Shown piece by piece: positions 27,208 through 40,589 of a DNA stretch of 64,000 nt (within the stretch, counting starts at the first letter, position 1; every line of letters starts with the position of its first letter). Under the pieces are notes generated by a model. The model was not told the origin of the DNA and did not search any database. It worked only from the letters and a program-made list of their open reading frames with translations. Source of the DNA: Octopus sinensis (lineage: Eukaryota); contig NC_042999.1 of NCBI RefSeq assembly GCF_006345805.1, positions 173,910,001 to 173,974,000 of the forward strand, given 5' to 3'. Made by a program: the position numbers and the translations under genes.

Positions 27208-28864
27208 TTGAATAAGGTTACATGGTCTGTTTTTCACGTTTTCTATTATTATATTTTTTTAAAAAACTTTTACAATGTTCAAGTCTGTTAAACATTAAGT
27301 GTTGTAGTGTTCATCAAGTTCAATTAGCGCTTTCATATGTTCGTAGGATACAACATATTTCAAAATGTATTTAACTGACAGTTGATTTCTTGATAGCTGT
27401 AGTCAAAGGACTAACTTCTTCCTTTTTATACCTTTTAGAAGGCTCCAACAAGTTGAATGTAAATTTTAATGTATGTATTTTTCTCTGATGATATTTTGCT
27501 CATATCTTATAAATGCAAATTTAAAGCATAAATTTGCAATTTATTTAGTGTGCACAAATCGAAACAGCTGTAGGAAGTAAGAATTATCAATTTATTAATA
27601 AAAGATTATTAACTTTCAAATCTACATTTTCTTTTCTTCTATTAATTGAATACTGATTATATTGCTTAATATATACAAATTTATTTAAGGAAATTTTATT
27701 TCCTCAAAGTATTAGGTATAGAACCAGTGTTTTCTTGGATGTAATCATCCCTTTAAGAGGTTAATATATCTGCTAACTAACTTGTATATATATATATGTG
27801 TGTGTATGTGTACTTATTTATATATACATATATATGGATAAACATTTCTATATATATATATATACACGTGCACACACAAAAATGTATGTACATATGCATG
27901 AAGCATCAAAACGTTCCCGGACTAGTTCTGTAAAACGCCAACTGATGGCAGCACACTATTGCGTGCGCAGTGCTAACATACGTTTCTTATAAACTCTTAC
28001 TTTGGAGTCACTTCCCAAGTAACACTACGTCACTACCCTGTTCTCTTCGTTTGTCCATTTCCTCCTCATTACTCTATTGTGTATTGACGTTGTCTAAGAA
28101 TAATGACTGAGGTCAATTTGCACGGCATCTGTACTGAACTGCTGCGTGAGACCTTAAAGGTTCAGCATTATTTACGCTGTTATCACTTGAGCTTTTGCGT
28201 AATCTCATACTTCTCATAAACTGAGATAAGGTAATGCTGATGTGTGTCTGTGTGTGTGTGAGTGTGGGTTGTGTATGTGTGTGTGTGTGTGTTTATCGTG
28301 ACAGTATCAATATGCCCCTTGTGGTATTCTTTTCCTTATTATTATTGATTGAGATGACAGTGCATGCCATCAAATTGACCCTGCGGTACAAATATAAGAA
28401 ACCCAATACACCCAGCATGACTACCTATATGATAAGGGTACACCAAGCACATATACCACAACCATATATGCACATCATGGTGATCTCATATCAAGATCAG
28501 TAACACATGACCCTGCAGGTGAAGCCCAGTTAGAATTTTCTTCAGGTTAAGTAGCCCATCCCGCTTAAAAGGTCTTTGAATGAGGGTTATTTAAGGGCGA
28601 TGAGCGAAACACCCATGTTTCCAGAGGTGAATTATTCAAACCCCAAAGAATTCCCCACTACACATGGCTGTGATACTCCCCCACTACACCTGCTTGTGAT
28701 CAGAGATGCATATATCGTCAGTCACTAAGGAACATACTCACCTGATTAAGATCCAGCAACTGACAAGCAAACCTTTGGTTTGGGCAGAATATCGCACCCC
28801 CATCGTGATAGCATTTTCAATCAGTTTAAATCAGAAGACATGGGGTCCACTGTCGGGTACTGCA

Positions 28865-29280
28865 TTGTTGTTGTTGTTGTTGTTATTTCCATTTCATTTC
28901 TCAGAGCCCTCGATTTCGGTTAATTTTGTGACAGCGGACAACCACCTATTATGAAGAGCCTCACAGAACCTATTTGTACGATACTTAATACCTAAGTACC
29001 AATTTTAAATTCGTCACTGTCCCCATTAAAGCAGTTTTCTGATCATGTTCTACTCCCATGCCAAATCCCATTTCTCCAACAAATTTACCAACCTGGTTGT
29101 TAATGCACCCAGCACCCCTACAACTACTCGAATGACAATTACTTTCTTCATTGTCCACATCCATGCAGTCTTCATCTTTTAGTGGCTCATACTTCTCAAT
29201 GATTTTCACTTCGTCACCCACTCGTACATCACCAGGAATAGCAGCATCTATGATTGTGGTTTCAATCATCATTTTATCCT
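28865..29280 (-). mobile_element. R4/Dong-clade LINE 3' end (REL endonuclease C-terminus)
   Basis: IIDAAIPGDVRV..KIIEKYEPLK..VEHDQKTALMGT; (AAC)n tail. Confidence 0.8.
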
Positions 29281-29589
29281 ATACAAAAATGTCTGGACTC
29301 CGAGCATCACTAAATCACATTTGATTGTAAAATCTTACAAGATCTTATAGTCATTATTCTCGACGACGCCTTCTGGTTTATGTTCGTGTCATTTCACTGC
29401 CCTTTTAAGCCGTACTTCTCACACAACCCCAATGAACATAGTCAGCTACGTTATCATGCCACCTTTTGTATTCGCTTTGAGCCAGTTTGCTACACTCACA
29501 GTATGAGAGACGACATCATTTTTTTATGTCACACATCCTACGAAGGGGCGATTCGCTACTCTTATCTGTTTGAAACTTGGTGTAAGTAA

Positions 29590-29972
29590 TTCTCAGAGCT
29601 TGTTCCTGAGCGCTGCATATCAATACCTCACATCACTTTTTCTTAGCCACCAAATGTTGGTCTTATCTTTCCCTTCCTTTTCTCTGAGGTATTACCCATG
29701 CATCGTTTTCATCAAACAATTTTGAAGCTGTGGTAGAAGTGAAGAAAAAAAAACAACGTAGGGAAGTGAAGAAAAAAAAAGAGACAACGGAGGCGTTAAA
29801 AGGCATCACTTCGCAGGAGTTCCATGACTGCTTCGAACGGTAGAAAACGCGTTTGAACCGATGCATTGCTTCAAATGGAGAATACGTTGAAGGCAATAAA
29901 AGTGTAAACATGAAAAACTAAGTGAATAAAGTAATATTGCAAAATTCCGGTTTTTGGAGGGAACCCTCCCAT
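29590..29972 (+). mobile_element. Mariner/Tc1 fragment (transposase C-terminus + probable right end)
   Basis: LKGITSQEFHDCFER*KTRLNRCIASNGEYVEG matches the mariner C-terminal pattern. Confidence 0.6.
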
Positions 29973-29978
29973 ATATAT

Positions 29979-30331
29979 TCCTTCAATCACTTGACTGCGG
30001 TCATACTGGAGCACCGCCTTGAAGGGTTTTAGTCTTACAGATTGCCCCCAAGACTAATATATTAAGCCTAGTATTTATGCTATCGGGGTCTTTTGCCGAA
30101 CCGCTAAACTTTGGGGCGTAAATACAGCAACACCGGTTATCAAAGCGGCAATGGGAGGGACAAATACAGACACAAAGAAACACACATAGACATATACATA
30201 TGTATATTTATATATACGACAGGCCTTCTTCACTTTCCGTCTACCAAATCCACTCACAAGGCTTTGGCTTGCCGGACACTAGAGAAGACACTTGCTCTGG
30301 GTGCCATGCAGTAGGACTGAACCCCGAACCA
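29979..30331 (-). mobile_element. SINE family B
   Basis: Reverse complement matches family B. Confidence 0.88.
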
Positions 30332-30433
30332 TACATACATTCATGCATATATATAAAGTAATTCTTCACATGCATATAAACACTTTCTATGATGCAAATG
30401 CTAATATTGATTCACACATAGACACACACACAC

Positions 30434-30465
<32 letters not shown>

Positions 30466-30974
30466 CAAAAATTAATTCATATATATATATATATATATAA
30501 GATAAATACATAAACTTGTATACATATATACGCAAAGATGTCCAATCTGTATGCATCTATATAAAACTATATATTTTTAAAGGAATAAATACATGCATAT
30601 ACGAAAATACTATTTCATTTTCATACATACATACAGACAGGCAGACAGACAGACATACAGACATACATGTATACATGACTACTCACACATACTTGCGGAA
30701 GTTTTAGATACTTATGTTAGCGTATTTAGAGTACTTGTGATGCAGAGTAGTTCTTAAGATACTGAGAATTAAAAAATATTGAAGTTATTGAAAAATTGAA
30801 GAACTGAAGAATTGAAACAGGTATTGAAATATTTCAATACCTGAAATATTTTTTTCGATATTTGTTTTATGTTTATGATATTTGTCAAAAATTTCTTTAA
30901 TATTTTTAATATTCTCACCAGCATTCTCAAGTATATTCCACTTTGTATTTATTTTTACCTGTTCTTTTCCCGTG

Positions 30975-31343
30975 GGTGTGTGGTAGGCGTTCTGGGTTCA
31001 ATCCCACTGCATCACTTCTTGAACAAATTGAAGAATTGAAGAATTCTTCTTGAATAAGTGTTATTGACTATAGTCCCGTCTGATCGAAGCCTTGTGAGTG
31101 GATTTGATAGATGAACACTGAAAGAAACCTGTCGTATATATGTACATATCTTCATGTGTCTTTGTGTATGTATCTGTCCACCAGCTCCGTCTGGCAACTA
31201 GTACTGGTTTGTTTACGTCCCCGTAATTTAGCATAATTTACGATAAGTACCAGGATAAGTACCAGGTTCAATTTGTTCAACTAAACGCTTCAAAGCGGTG
31301 CCCCAGCATGACCACAGTCCAATGACTGAAACAAGTAAAAGAT
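30975..31343 (+). mobile_element. SINE family B, diverged, with an insertion in the CORE region
   Basis: GGGTTCAATCCCACTGC..GCCTTGTGAGTGGATTTG..GACTGAAACAAGTAAAAGA. Confidence 0.8.
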
Positions 31344-31495
31344 CAAATATATCAATACTGCCCTCTTTATTATCATCATATTCATCACAGCTACCACCAT
31401 GCTACTAACCACTCCTATCAATAACCTGGCCTTCAAATACTGACCATTCCTCTAGATCAACACTCCTTCTGCTATGTTAAAAGTCTTTCTTCTTA

Positions 31496-33198
31496 GGCGG
31501 CGAGCTGGCAGAAACGTTAGCACGCCGGACAAAATGCGTAGCCGTATTTCGTCTGCCATTACGTTCTCAGCTCAAATTCAGCCGAGGTCGATTTTGCCTT
31601 TCATCCTTTCGGGGTCGATTAAATAAGTACCAGTTATGCACTGGGGTCGATATAATCGACTTAATCCGTTTGTTTGTCCTTGTTTGTCCCCTCTGTGTTT
31701 AGCCCCTTGTAGGTAGTAAAGAAATAGGTATTTCGTCTGCCTTTACGTTCTCAGTTCAAAGTCCGCCGAAATCGACTTTGCCTTTCATCCTTTCGGGGTC
31801 GATTAAATAAGTACCAGTTGCGCACTGGGGTCGATGCAATCGACTTAATCCGTTTGCCAGTCCTTCTTTGTCCCTTTTGTGTTTAGCCCCTTGTGGTTAT
31901 TAAAGAAATAGGTATTTCGTCTGCAGTTGCTTTCTAATTTCAAATTCTGCCGAAATCGACTTTGCCTTTCATCCTTTCGGGGTCGATGAAATAAGTACCA
32001 GTTGCGCACTGGGGTCGATGCAATCGACTTAATCCGTTTGTCTGTCCTTCTTTGTCCCTTTTGTGTTTAGCCCCTTGTGGTTATTAAAGAAATAGGTATT
32101 TCGTCTGCAGTTGCTTTCTAATTTCAAATTCCGCCGAGGTCGACTTTGCCTTTCATTCTTTCGGGGTCGATAAATTAAATACCTGTTACGCATCGGGGTC
32201 GATGTAATCGACTTAATCCGTTTGTCTGTCCTTGTTTGTCCCCTCTATGTGTAGCCCCTTGTGGTAATAAAGAAGTAAGAAACGTTAGCACGCCGGGCGA
32301 AATGCTTAGCGGTATTTCGTCTGTCTTTACGTTCTTAGTTTCAATTCCACCGAGGTCGACTTTGCTTTTCATCCTTTCGGGGTCGATAAATTAAGTATCA
32401 GTTGAATACTGGGGTCGATCTAATCGACTGGCCCCTTTCCCCCCAAATTTCAGGTCGTGTGCCAAGAGTAGAAAAGAAAAGAATATTCTTTCTTCTATTA
32501 TTATAAATATTCTTCTATTCTTCTTATTCTCCCAAATCTTCTAGATTCCTATATTTTTATTTGGTTCCTTCATTTTCAATTGCTATTAATTATTTATATA
32601 TCGCTAAAACGAAATGCTGACCGGTATTTCGCCCGTTAGGGCGGCGAGATGGCAGAAACGTTAGCACGCCGGGCGAAATGCGTAGCCGTATTTCATCTGC
32701 CGCTACGTTCTGAGTTCAAATTCCGCCGAGGTCGACTTTGCCTTTCATCCTTTCGGGGTCGATTAAATAAGTACCAGTTACGCACTGGGATCGATATAAT
32801 CGACTTAATCCGTTTGCCTGTCCTTGTTTGTCCTCTCTGTGTTTAGCTCCTTGTGGGTAGTAAAGAAATAGAAATAGGTATTTCGCCCGTCGCTACGTTT
32901 TGAGTTCAAATTCCGTCGAGATCTACTTTGCTTTTCGTCCGTTTGGGGTCGATGAATTAAGTACCAGCGAAACAGTGTTGTCAACGTAATCGAATAGTCC
33001 CCAGGCCCCAAATTTCAGGCCTTGTTCCTTGGGTAGAAACGATTATATATTTATATATCTTTAATATGTCGGACAGAATGCTCAGCCGTATTTCGTTATG
33101 TCACCGAGGTCGATTTTGCCTTTCGTCACCATCGGGGTCGATAAAATAAGTACCAGTTGAGACTGCTGGCCTTGTGCCAAAATTTTGAAAGCATTATT
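31496..33198 (+). mobile_element. Cluster/tandem array of about 8 SINE family A units
   Basis: Head-less units start at 31727, 31911 and 32095 (184-bp period); further units at ~32277, 32637, 32877 and ~33075. Confidence 0.93.
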
Positions 33199-34246
33199 TA
33201 TCGATATATTTAATTGCTCACTTACCAATTTACTTCACCGCAGTGATAACTCCATCTTACGGTCTCCCATTGTATTTCACATATTTGGGATTTTTATTTA
33301 TCTAATCTCTCAATTGAATTTTCCTGAATCTTCCCATTGAATTCTTTTACCTAGCTAACACCTGCCAACCGTATTTCATTGTCAAAATGTACTCTTCCTA
33401 CACTCTCCTTCTCCCTTCTTACTTTCTCTTTTCTTTTTCATATTTTTTTCTTTCCTTTTTAATTTTCCTTTTTTCCTTTTCCTTTCTCCTTTCTTTTCCT
33501 TCATCTCATCTTCCTTCCACTATCGCAACCTACTTGAGGAGTCGCGCGTGTGTGTGTATGTGTGTGCGCGCGCGCGTGTGTGTGTGTAAGCCACATCACT
33601 ACCTTCAGTCGTAAATTGCCTGAGGAGTATATGCCCACAGGCGAAACTTAAAGTAGCAAGAGACTGACTCGACCAGAATAAAATGATTATATATGTATGT
33701 ATCTACGTGTGTATGTACGTGCACACGTGCATGCGATTGTGAGAGTATGTGCGAGTGTGTGTGAGGGGGTGTGTGTACGTTCGAGCGCGTGTGTGTGACT
33801 TGAGAGTTACCATTGACGGATGTAAAACTGCTAATTATGATGAAGATGAAAGATATAGCTAGCACGTGATATTTTTGTTAAAGTGCAAACGCACTACGTA
33901 ATACACGCATGCATACGGATATATAAGCCTTTGTTAACGTAGTAGGAGGATGGTTAGCTTCTATAATCCACTTGACGTTTCTCAATGCTGTTCGTAATAT
34001 TTTCTGAATGATATTTCAGTAAAAGGATATCTGCAAAAAAGATGTGGCAGATTATGCAGTAAACCCTTGAATTTAATATTCATTTAAGTTTAAATGATAA
34101 TGGAACCAAAGAATTTTACTTACTTCTGTCGTGGTTCTAGAAGGAATACACGTGCGAATAAAGTCTCCTCTGATATATTTTAAGATCAATCCTTAATAAT
34201 TCTTTCTCACATATGAACAAAAACTGAAATTTTGAGGGAAGGAACT

Positions 34247-34411
34247 TATGAATTACATCGATCCCAGTGTCCAACTGAGACTTGTTTTATCGAGCCTGGA
34301 AAGGATAAAAGACAAAATCAATCTCGGCAGAATTTGAACTCAGAACGAAAGGACGTACGAGATGCCGCTAAGCGTTTTATCTAGTACTCTAACAATTCTG
34401 CCAGCTCGCCA
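34247..34411 (-). mobile_element. SINE family A, diverged
   Basis: Reverse complement GGCGAGCTGGCAGAATTGTTAG..TTCTGAGTTCAAATTC. Confidence 0.8.
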
Positions 34412-34647
34412 GATTTAGATTAATCTATAATAAAGTTAATGCGGTGTTGAGGCGAGGGAAGTTCCGTGGATTGCTGTTTCGTTGGGTAATAAGTTTGTCA
34501 TAAGTTCAGAAACTTCATAAGGATCGTTTAAAAAATATTACCCACTCAACTACAATTACCTCCGGATACTTAAAGAAATATCCATCAAAATTCACTATTT
34601 TGTTAACTCGAAATGTAACATATTACAGCGATGCCAAATGTGTGTGC

Positions 34648-34805
<158 letters not shown>

Positions 34806-35559
34806 GTATGGATAACTTTACTGAAAATCATTTTTGCTTAATTTCCAAAGCATGTTTGACGTAAGAAACCTGTCATATGTATCAGCTATACAAACGTTCT
34901 AATTATATTGATTTCTCACATTGTCTCAAAACCCGATATTTGGGGGAAGAAGAAACCATTGATTAACACGTAGTACCTGACGTGTATTTGTGGTATTTGA
35001 CTACTGATACATCAAAGTTAAAGTGGACGTCAGCAGGATTTCAATCCAGAATGCAAAGAGCCGTTACTAAATATTATAAGCCAAGATGTCTGACATTCTA
35101 ACGACTCTGCCTGTCTACTTATGTGCAGTCTGTATATGAAACTGCTGTAAAGTTTCATTGTTTATTTCGCATTATTGTTTCGGACCTGAGAGTGTTAATG
35201 GGTTTGTTTTGTATGATTACTTATGTGATTTAGTGGTATCGCAACGTAAAAGTTTGTATATGACTGCAAGATAAAGAAGAAACAATGTATAAAAAGCAAT
35301 GCAATAATATAAGTATTTTCAATCTGTGAAATATTAACCTTGGCAAGGCGATTATCTAGTGTTATCTAGTAGATACATAGCATCTGTTTCAAATATATAT
35401 AATTAGGGATAAGAGTCGAACAGTTTAAATGTAGAATAAGCTCCGTAAAACAAATGGCATCGAGAAAGATTTCACAAAGGCATATCATATCAGTTATGAA
35501 AATCAGCAGATGTCTAATATTCACATAGGCATAATTGCCTACACATATACATCGGATGC

Positions 35560-35625
35560 ATTTACATATATAAATAAATATGTGTGTGAGTGTTTGCATA
35601 AATGCTATATATGTGTGTATGTAAG

Positions 35626-35672
<47 letters not shown>

Positions 35673-35822
35673 GTGTGTGTGTATGAACATGCATATGTTC
35701 GTTGATGTACACATGTATATATACGTATTGTTGTATGAGTGAATATATATATATGGGCCTATACTTACATGACTACATATATATATGCGCACATATATGT
35801 TATATAGATATATATGCATGTG

Positions 35823-35904
<82 letters not shown>

Positions 35905-36351
35905 ATATATGTACATAGATATATGCATATATATATACGCTTAAATATATGTATATATTATATGCATATATATATATGTACGTATATAAATGTATATATA
36001 TATATATATGTATTATGAATATATATATACATATATAAATATACGTGTGTGTATATATATATGTGTGTGTATGTGTGTGCGTGTGTGAGCGTGTGTCTGT
36101 GTGTGTGTGTGTGTGCGTGCATGTATACAGATGCGCGCGCTCTAGAATTCTTTCCTCTTGATTTCACAACAATTCTATTTAAATATGATTTTTGGCATAG
36201 CTTTCTCAAGTGAACTATACGCTTGATAATCAACTTATCTCTACTGCAATAAATGCCGCAAGATGTATGGGCAGTTATCCAAGTAGTGAAAGAGATTTAG
36301 AAAAGCATATGGAATTACAGGGCAGTGAAGAATATATACATATATATATAT

Positions 36352-36424
<73 letters not shown>

Positions 36425-37062
36425 CCGAACACCTACATATGCATTCACACCAGCTCAGGCGTACGCACAACCAGACACAAAAGCACATTTATAAACTCAT
36501 ACATATATAATGGTATATGAAGATATATATATATATACATATTGACTAATGTATATGTATGTGTGTATATATATATATATATATACATATATAGGCATTG
36601 TGTATATGTATGTGTGGATACATATATATGTGTGTGTGTGATTGCATGTGGGCGTGTATAAGTAATACGTATATGCGTTTGTATAAAAATTTGTAGGTGC
36701 ATACACATTAATAAAGGCGTACACTCACGCACGCACACTCATACACACATATACATACAAAATACTTCCTTACATATGGAGGTATACATGTGCATTTATG
36801 TGCATGTGTTTGTGAGTTGCTTTATGTATATATGAGTGTATACGTATATAGGTGTGTGTGTGTTTGTATGTCTGTGTGAGTGCTTGTGTGTATGTGTGCG
36901 TGTGTGCGTAGATAGATAGATAGATAGATAAATAGATAGGTAGATAGAAAAGTAGAAAGATAAATTCGCACACATGCGAGATATTGTGCACACTTTTGTG
37001 AATTAGTGCGTTTGAGCAAATGGGGAATACTATATATATATATGTGTGTGTGTGTGTGTTTT

Positions 37063-37093
<31 letters not shown>

Positions 37094-37173
37094 CAAAAGA
37101 ATATCTTATACTATTCTACATATACAAAAACAGCCATACAAACAATATGCATACATATATATATATATATGCT

Positions 37174-37204
<31 letters not shown>

Positions 37205-37215
37205 CTGTATATGTT

Positions 37216-37302
<87 letters not shown>

Positions 37303-38084
37303 GTATATGTATATGTATGTACTTATGTATACATGTATGTACATATGTCTGTGGGGCTACAACAAGCATAAACATTCCAATATCTCTAATTCTAAGATCA
37401 GGTGATATCGAGTAATTTGTATGCATTTGCTGTTCTGCACTATAATTTAAAGCAGCAAAACCATCCTTAATCCTTGCAAATGCTTCAAATAATATGGAAA
37501 TTCTTTCGTTACTATAGAAGACAGCGTTTCTGTTGAATTTCTCCAACCGAATTTCTTTTCTTCTTTCATTTGAAAATCAATCCTAAAACTCTTGGCTTCA
37601 GAGATTACGAACATAAGTGGAACGTGCTTCTATTTCTAGCCCCGATTAGTACTTGGCTTTTATGATATCAGCTCAGCATCTTAATTGCATTGTTCTGACT
37701 CTAGATGGAATAAAATTGGACATTTATTTACAGGCACACTTACAAACGCGAACAAGCACTTGTACACTCTCTCATATACGTGTGTATGTGTGTGTGTGTG
37801 TGTGTGAGTGAGTGTGTACAAGTACACAATCAAAGATATATATGTATGTACGTATATATACATATATACACATATATATGCACAAATATATATATGTGTG
37901 TGTGTGTTTATATAAATATATATATATACACATTGATATCTACATGTATATATGTATATCATATATATATATATATATATAATATATATATATATACATA
38001 ATATATATATATATATATATACATATGCATCTATATACATACATATGCATATATGCATATATATATAATCTGCATATGCATATG

Positions 38085-38118
<34 letters not shown>
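35560..38118. repeat. Large (AT)n/(GT)n/(TATG)n low-complexity domain with short unique islands
   Basis: Seen directly; source of many spurious YI/CV/TH ORFs. Confidence 0.9.
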
Positions 38119-38119
<1 letters not shown>

Positions 38120-38315
38120 TAAAAGTCTCCAGACAATGCATACTCAGAAAATAACTCACATAGGTATAAGGGAAAAACAATGAAAGATCACATCCATATA
38201 CGATCGTATATCGTATATGGATGATCGGGTATCGTATAGGATGTGATCTTTCATTGTTTTTCCCTTATACCTATGTGAGTTATTTTCTGAGTATGCATTG
38301 TCTGGAGACTTTTAT
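38119..38315. repeat. 77-bp perfect inverted repeat (fold-back)
   Basis: 38119-38195 is the reverse complement of 38239-38315. Confidence 0.95.
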
Positions 38316-38506
38316 TTGCAGTTGAAGAAATAGCCAAATTTTTGGCTGCTATTTCTGAAAAGTTCGGTGTGTGGTAAAGTGAATTTTTTTACTTTACCAT
38401 ATTTTTATAAATTAATACTTCAAATATACCGTAAATGGTCTTTACATACCGAATACTGCTTGGTCGAATTTATTAACAATTAATTAATTCTACCCCTTTT
38501 TTTGAT

Positions 38507-38569
<63 letters not shown>

Positions 38570-38606
38570 TAAATAAATATATATATATATATATACATAT
38601 ATATAC

Positions 38607-38647
<41 letters not shown>

Positions 38648-38754
38648 TAAATATATGCATTCCTATAGATATATACATATCCAACCACGCATATATATCT
38701 ATATGCCCATAAACATATATGTATACATACATATACACTCTTACACGCATACTT

Positions 38755-38924
38755 TCCCGGCCTCTATCCCTATCACGGGAGGTGGTTCAGAGGTTCCCGA
38801 ACTTCTCGGACCGGGGGAGACGCGCCCGCTGATTCCTCCAATGTAGCCCTGGACATCTAAGGGCATCAGAGACCTGTTATCGCTCCGCCTCGTGCGGCTT
38901 TCTGCCGCCCGTCCCTCTAAGAAG
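38755..38924 (-). pseudogene. 18S rRNA gene fragment (3' major domain), with deletion
   Basis: CTTCTTAGAGGGAC..ATAACAGGTCTCTGATGCCCTTAGATGTCCAGGGCTACA..GATAGGGATAG; lacks the conserved GCACGCGCGCT segment. Confidence 0.92.
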
Positions 38925-38929
38925 AGCCA

Positions 38930-40450
38930 GTCTCCTAATACCACCCTAAACTTTAACTTGTCCATAGATAGTACAGCATCACCCCTTTCCACAACTAACC
39001 CACGTAAGACAGACAACTACAACTGCCGTTCTGGGATTGAATGCCTGCATCAACCCCGTTACAGAAAGTTTAACGTAGTATTATAAATGCATTGTCAGCA
39101 ACATATTGCAAAATTCTACTAGTCATTACACCGGATCGCCTATTAATTTTAAACAGAGTTATTATGCACACCTGACCTCATTTAAATATGAGGAGCATAG
39201 AAATTCTACGTCCCTAGCCAACCACATACCCCATCTATCTGATAAATAGGAAAACACCATATAGGATATCTTGGTCATAATAGATTCTGATGTCCCATAC
39301 CAAGTTCCGTGCTCCACGTCGGACTCTACCTGAAAGAAGCCTTCCAAATATTAATAAGTGGTGCGTCATAATTAGTCAATAAACAACACAAAGCATTTTC
39401 TTCATGTGAACATAAGTTCTATTGTACCTTTAGATTTTTCCATAGGTCCAAATACAAGCAAAATCAATACATATAACACTTGCCTATATACATCCACATC
39501 GTTACAATATACGCACGTGTTTTTTCCCTTTCATGAATCAACGTAAGTATCTAAGAAGCTAACTAGCAGCAATAATCCTTTTTAATTCTCATTCTATAAT
39601 ACTCTGTAATTTTTAATTCTTAGCTTTTGATTCTTTAATTTTTTATCTTTTATCCATTTGATTGTATTTTTAATCCTATTTATGCTCCCTTAAGTTAGGC
39701 ATCTATTTTTAGCTATCCTTACTGACCACTGAACTAAATGACCACAGCGAACCTAGAATTCATCTATTTAATTAATAGTCATAAATGCTTTTCTCTTCTA
39801 CTTTTCGAAAACCTTAATGTCCGACCTCTCACCCAGAACCGACCCTAACGAAGAATAGTGGCATCTTATCTTTATCTTTATTTTGATTCTTTATTCTGAC
39901 TTTATTTTATCTTCGCTCTCATTCATTCTTTCCCGCACCTATTCCATTCCTTTCTGATCTCTCTCCTCTCTCTTTTTTCACTCACTCACAACCCTTATCT
40001 GTTTATATTGATGTCTGTCTTTCTCACTCTATATACCGACATGGACCATTTTCATTTCAGCTAACCACTTGATTTATTCCTTTCAACATGGACACAACAT
40101 TCAAAATACAGCCAAAATGCTACCTGGATTTACCTGGGATTATACTTAAGGACTTATACCTTCATGGAAGTACGGACCAACCTCCATACTCTCTGGAAGA
40201 TTATGAGTCGTGAACTTTATATTCCTGTCCTTATTCTTCTATCTGTCTTACTCTTTATTCTTCTATCTACAATTTTATTCTTTTATGAACTATAAATTCC
40301 CTGTCTAGAACTTTCATACATACCTTGTCTGTGATGACGGAATACTCAGTGTATGAAGATGCTAACCTATCACTTGAGATATCTCAGAAACAGCTGTAAG
40401 ACATCCAATAATTAATCGTTTAATTAACTAATTAATTACCTCAAATTCAC
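38930..40450 (+). mobile_element. Degenerate PLE 3' part (GIY-YIG C-terminus + terminus with hammerhead remnant at 40327-40402)
   Basis: NCRSGIEC..NVV, SFKYEEHRNSTSLANHI, LVNKQ..FSSCEHK; GTCT-GTGATGA..GAAA-CAGCTGTA-AGAC. Confidence 0.6.
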
Positions 40451-40589
40451 CTTACTCTAATTAAATAGTCTAAATGACTTGAGATACTTGTCCTGCCTTT
40501 GTTTTTATTGTCCTTTTCTCTCTAATATGTGTGTGTGTACAGATGCATATGTGTGTGTGTGTGTGTGTCGCAATATGTGAATATGGTGG

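Noticed and set aside
31496-33198. CRISPR-like periodic array
   Set aside because: Units are ~184-bp SINE bodies with no unique spacers, in eukaryotic DNA with no cas genes.
37106-37546. 146-aa minus ORF starting with non-repetitive sequence
   Set aside because: It runs into (AT)n; no domain or donor site is recognisable.
38316-38380. Hammerhead-like TTGAAGA-stem-GAAA next to the fold-back
   Set aside because: No stem I closure or NUH site can be drawn.
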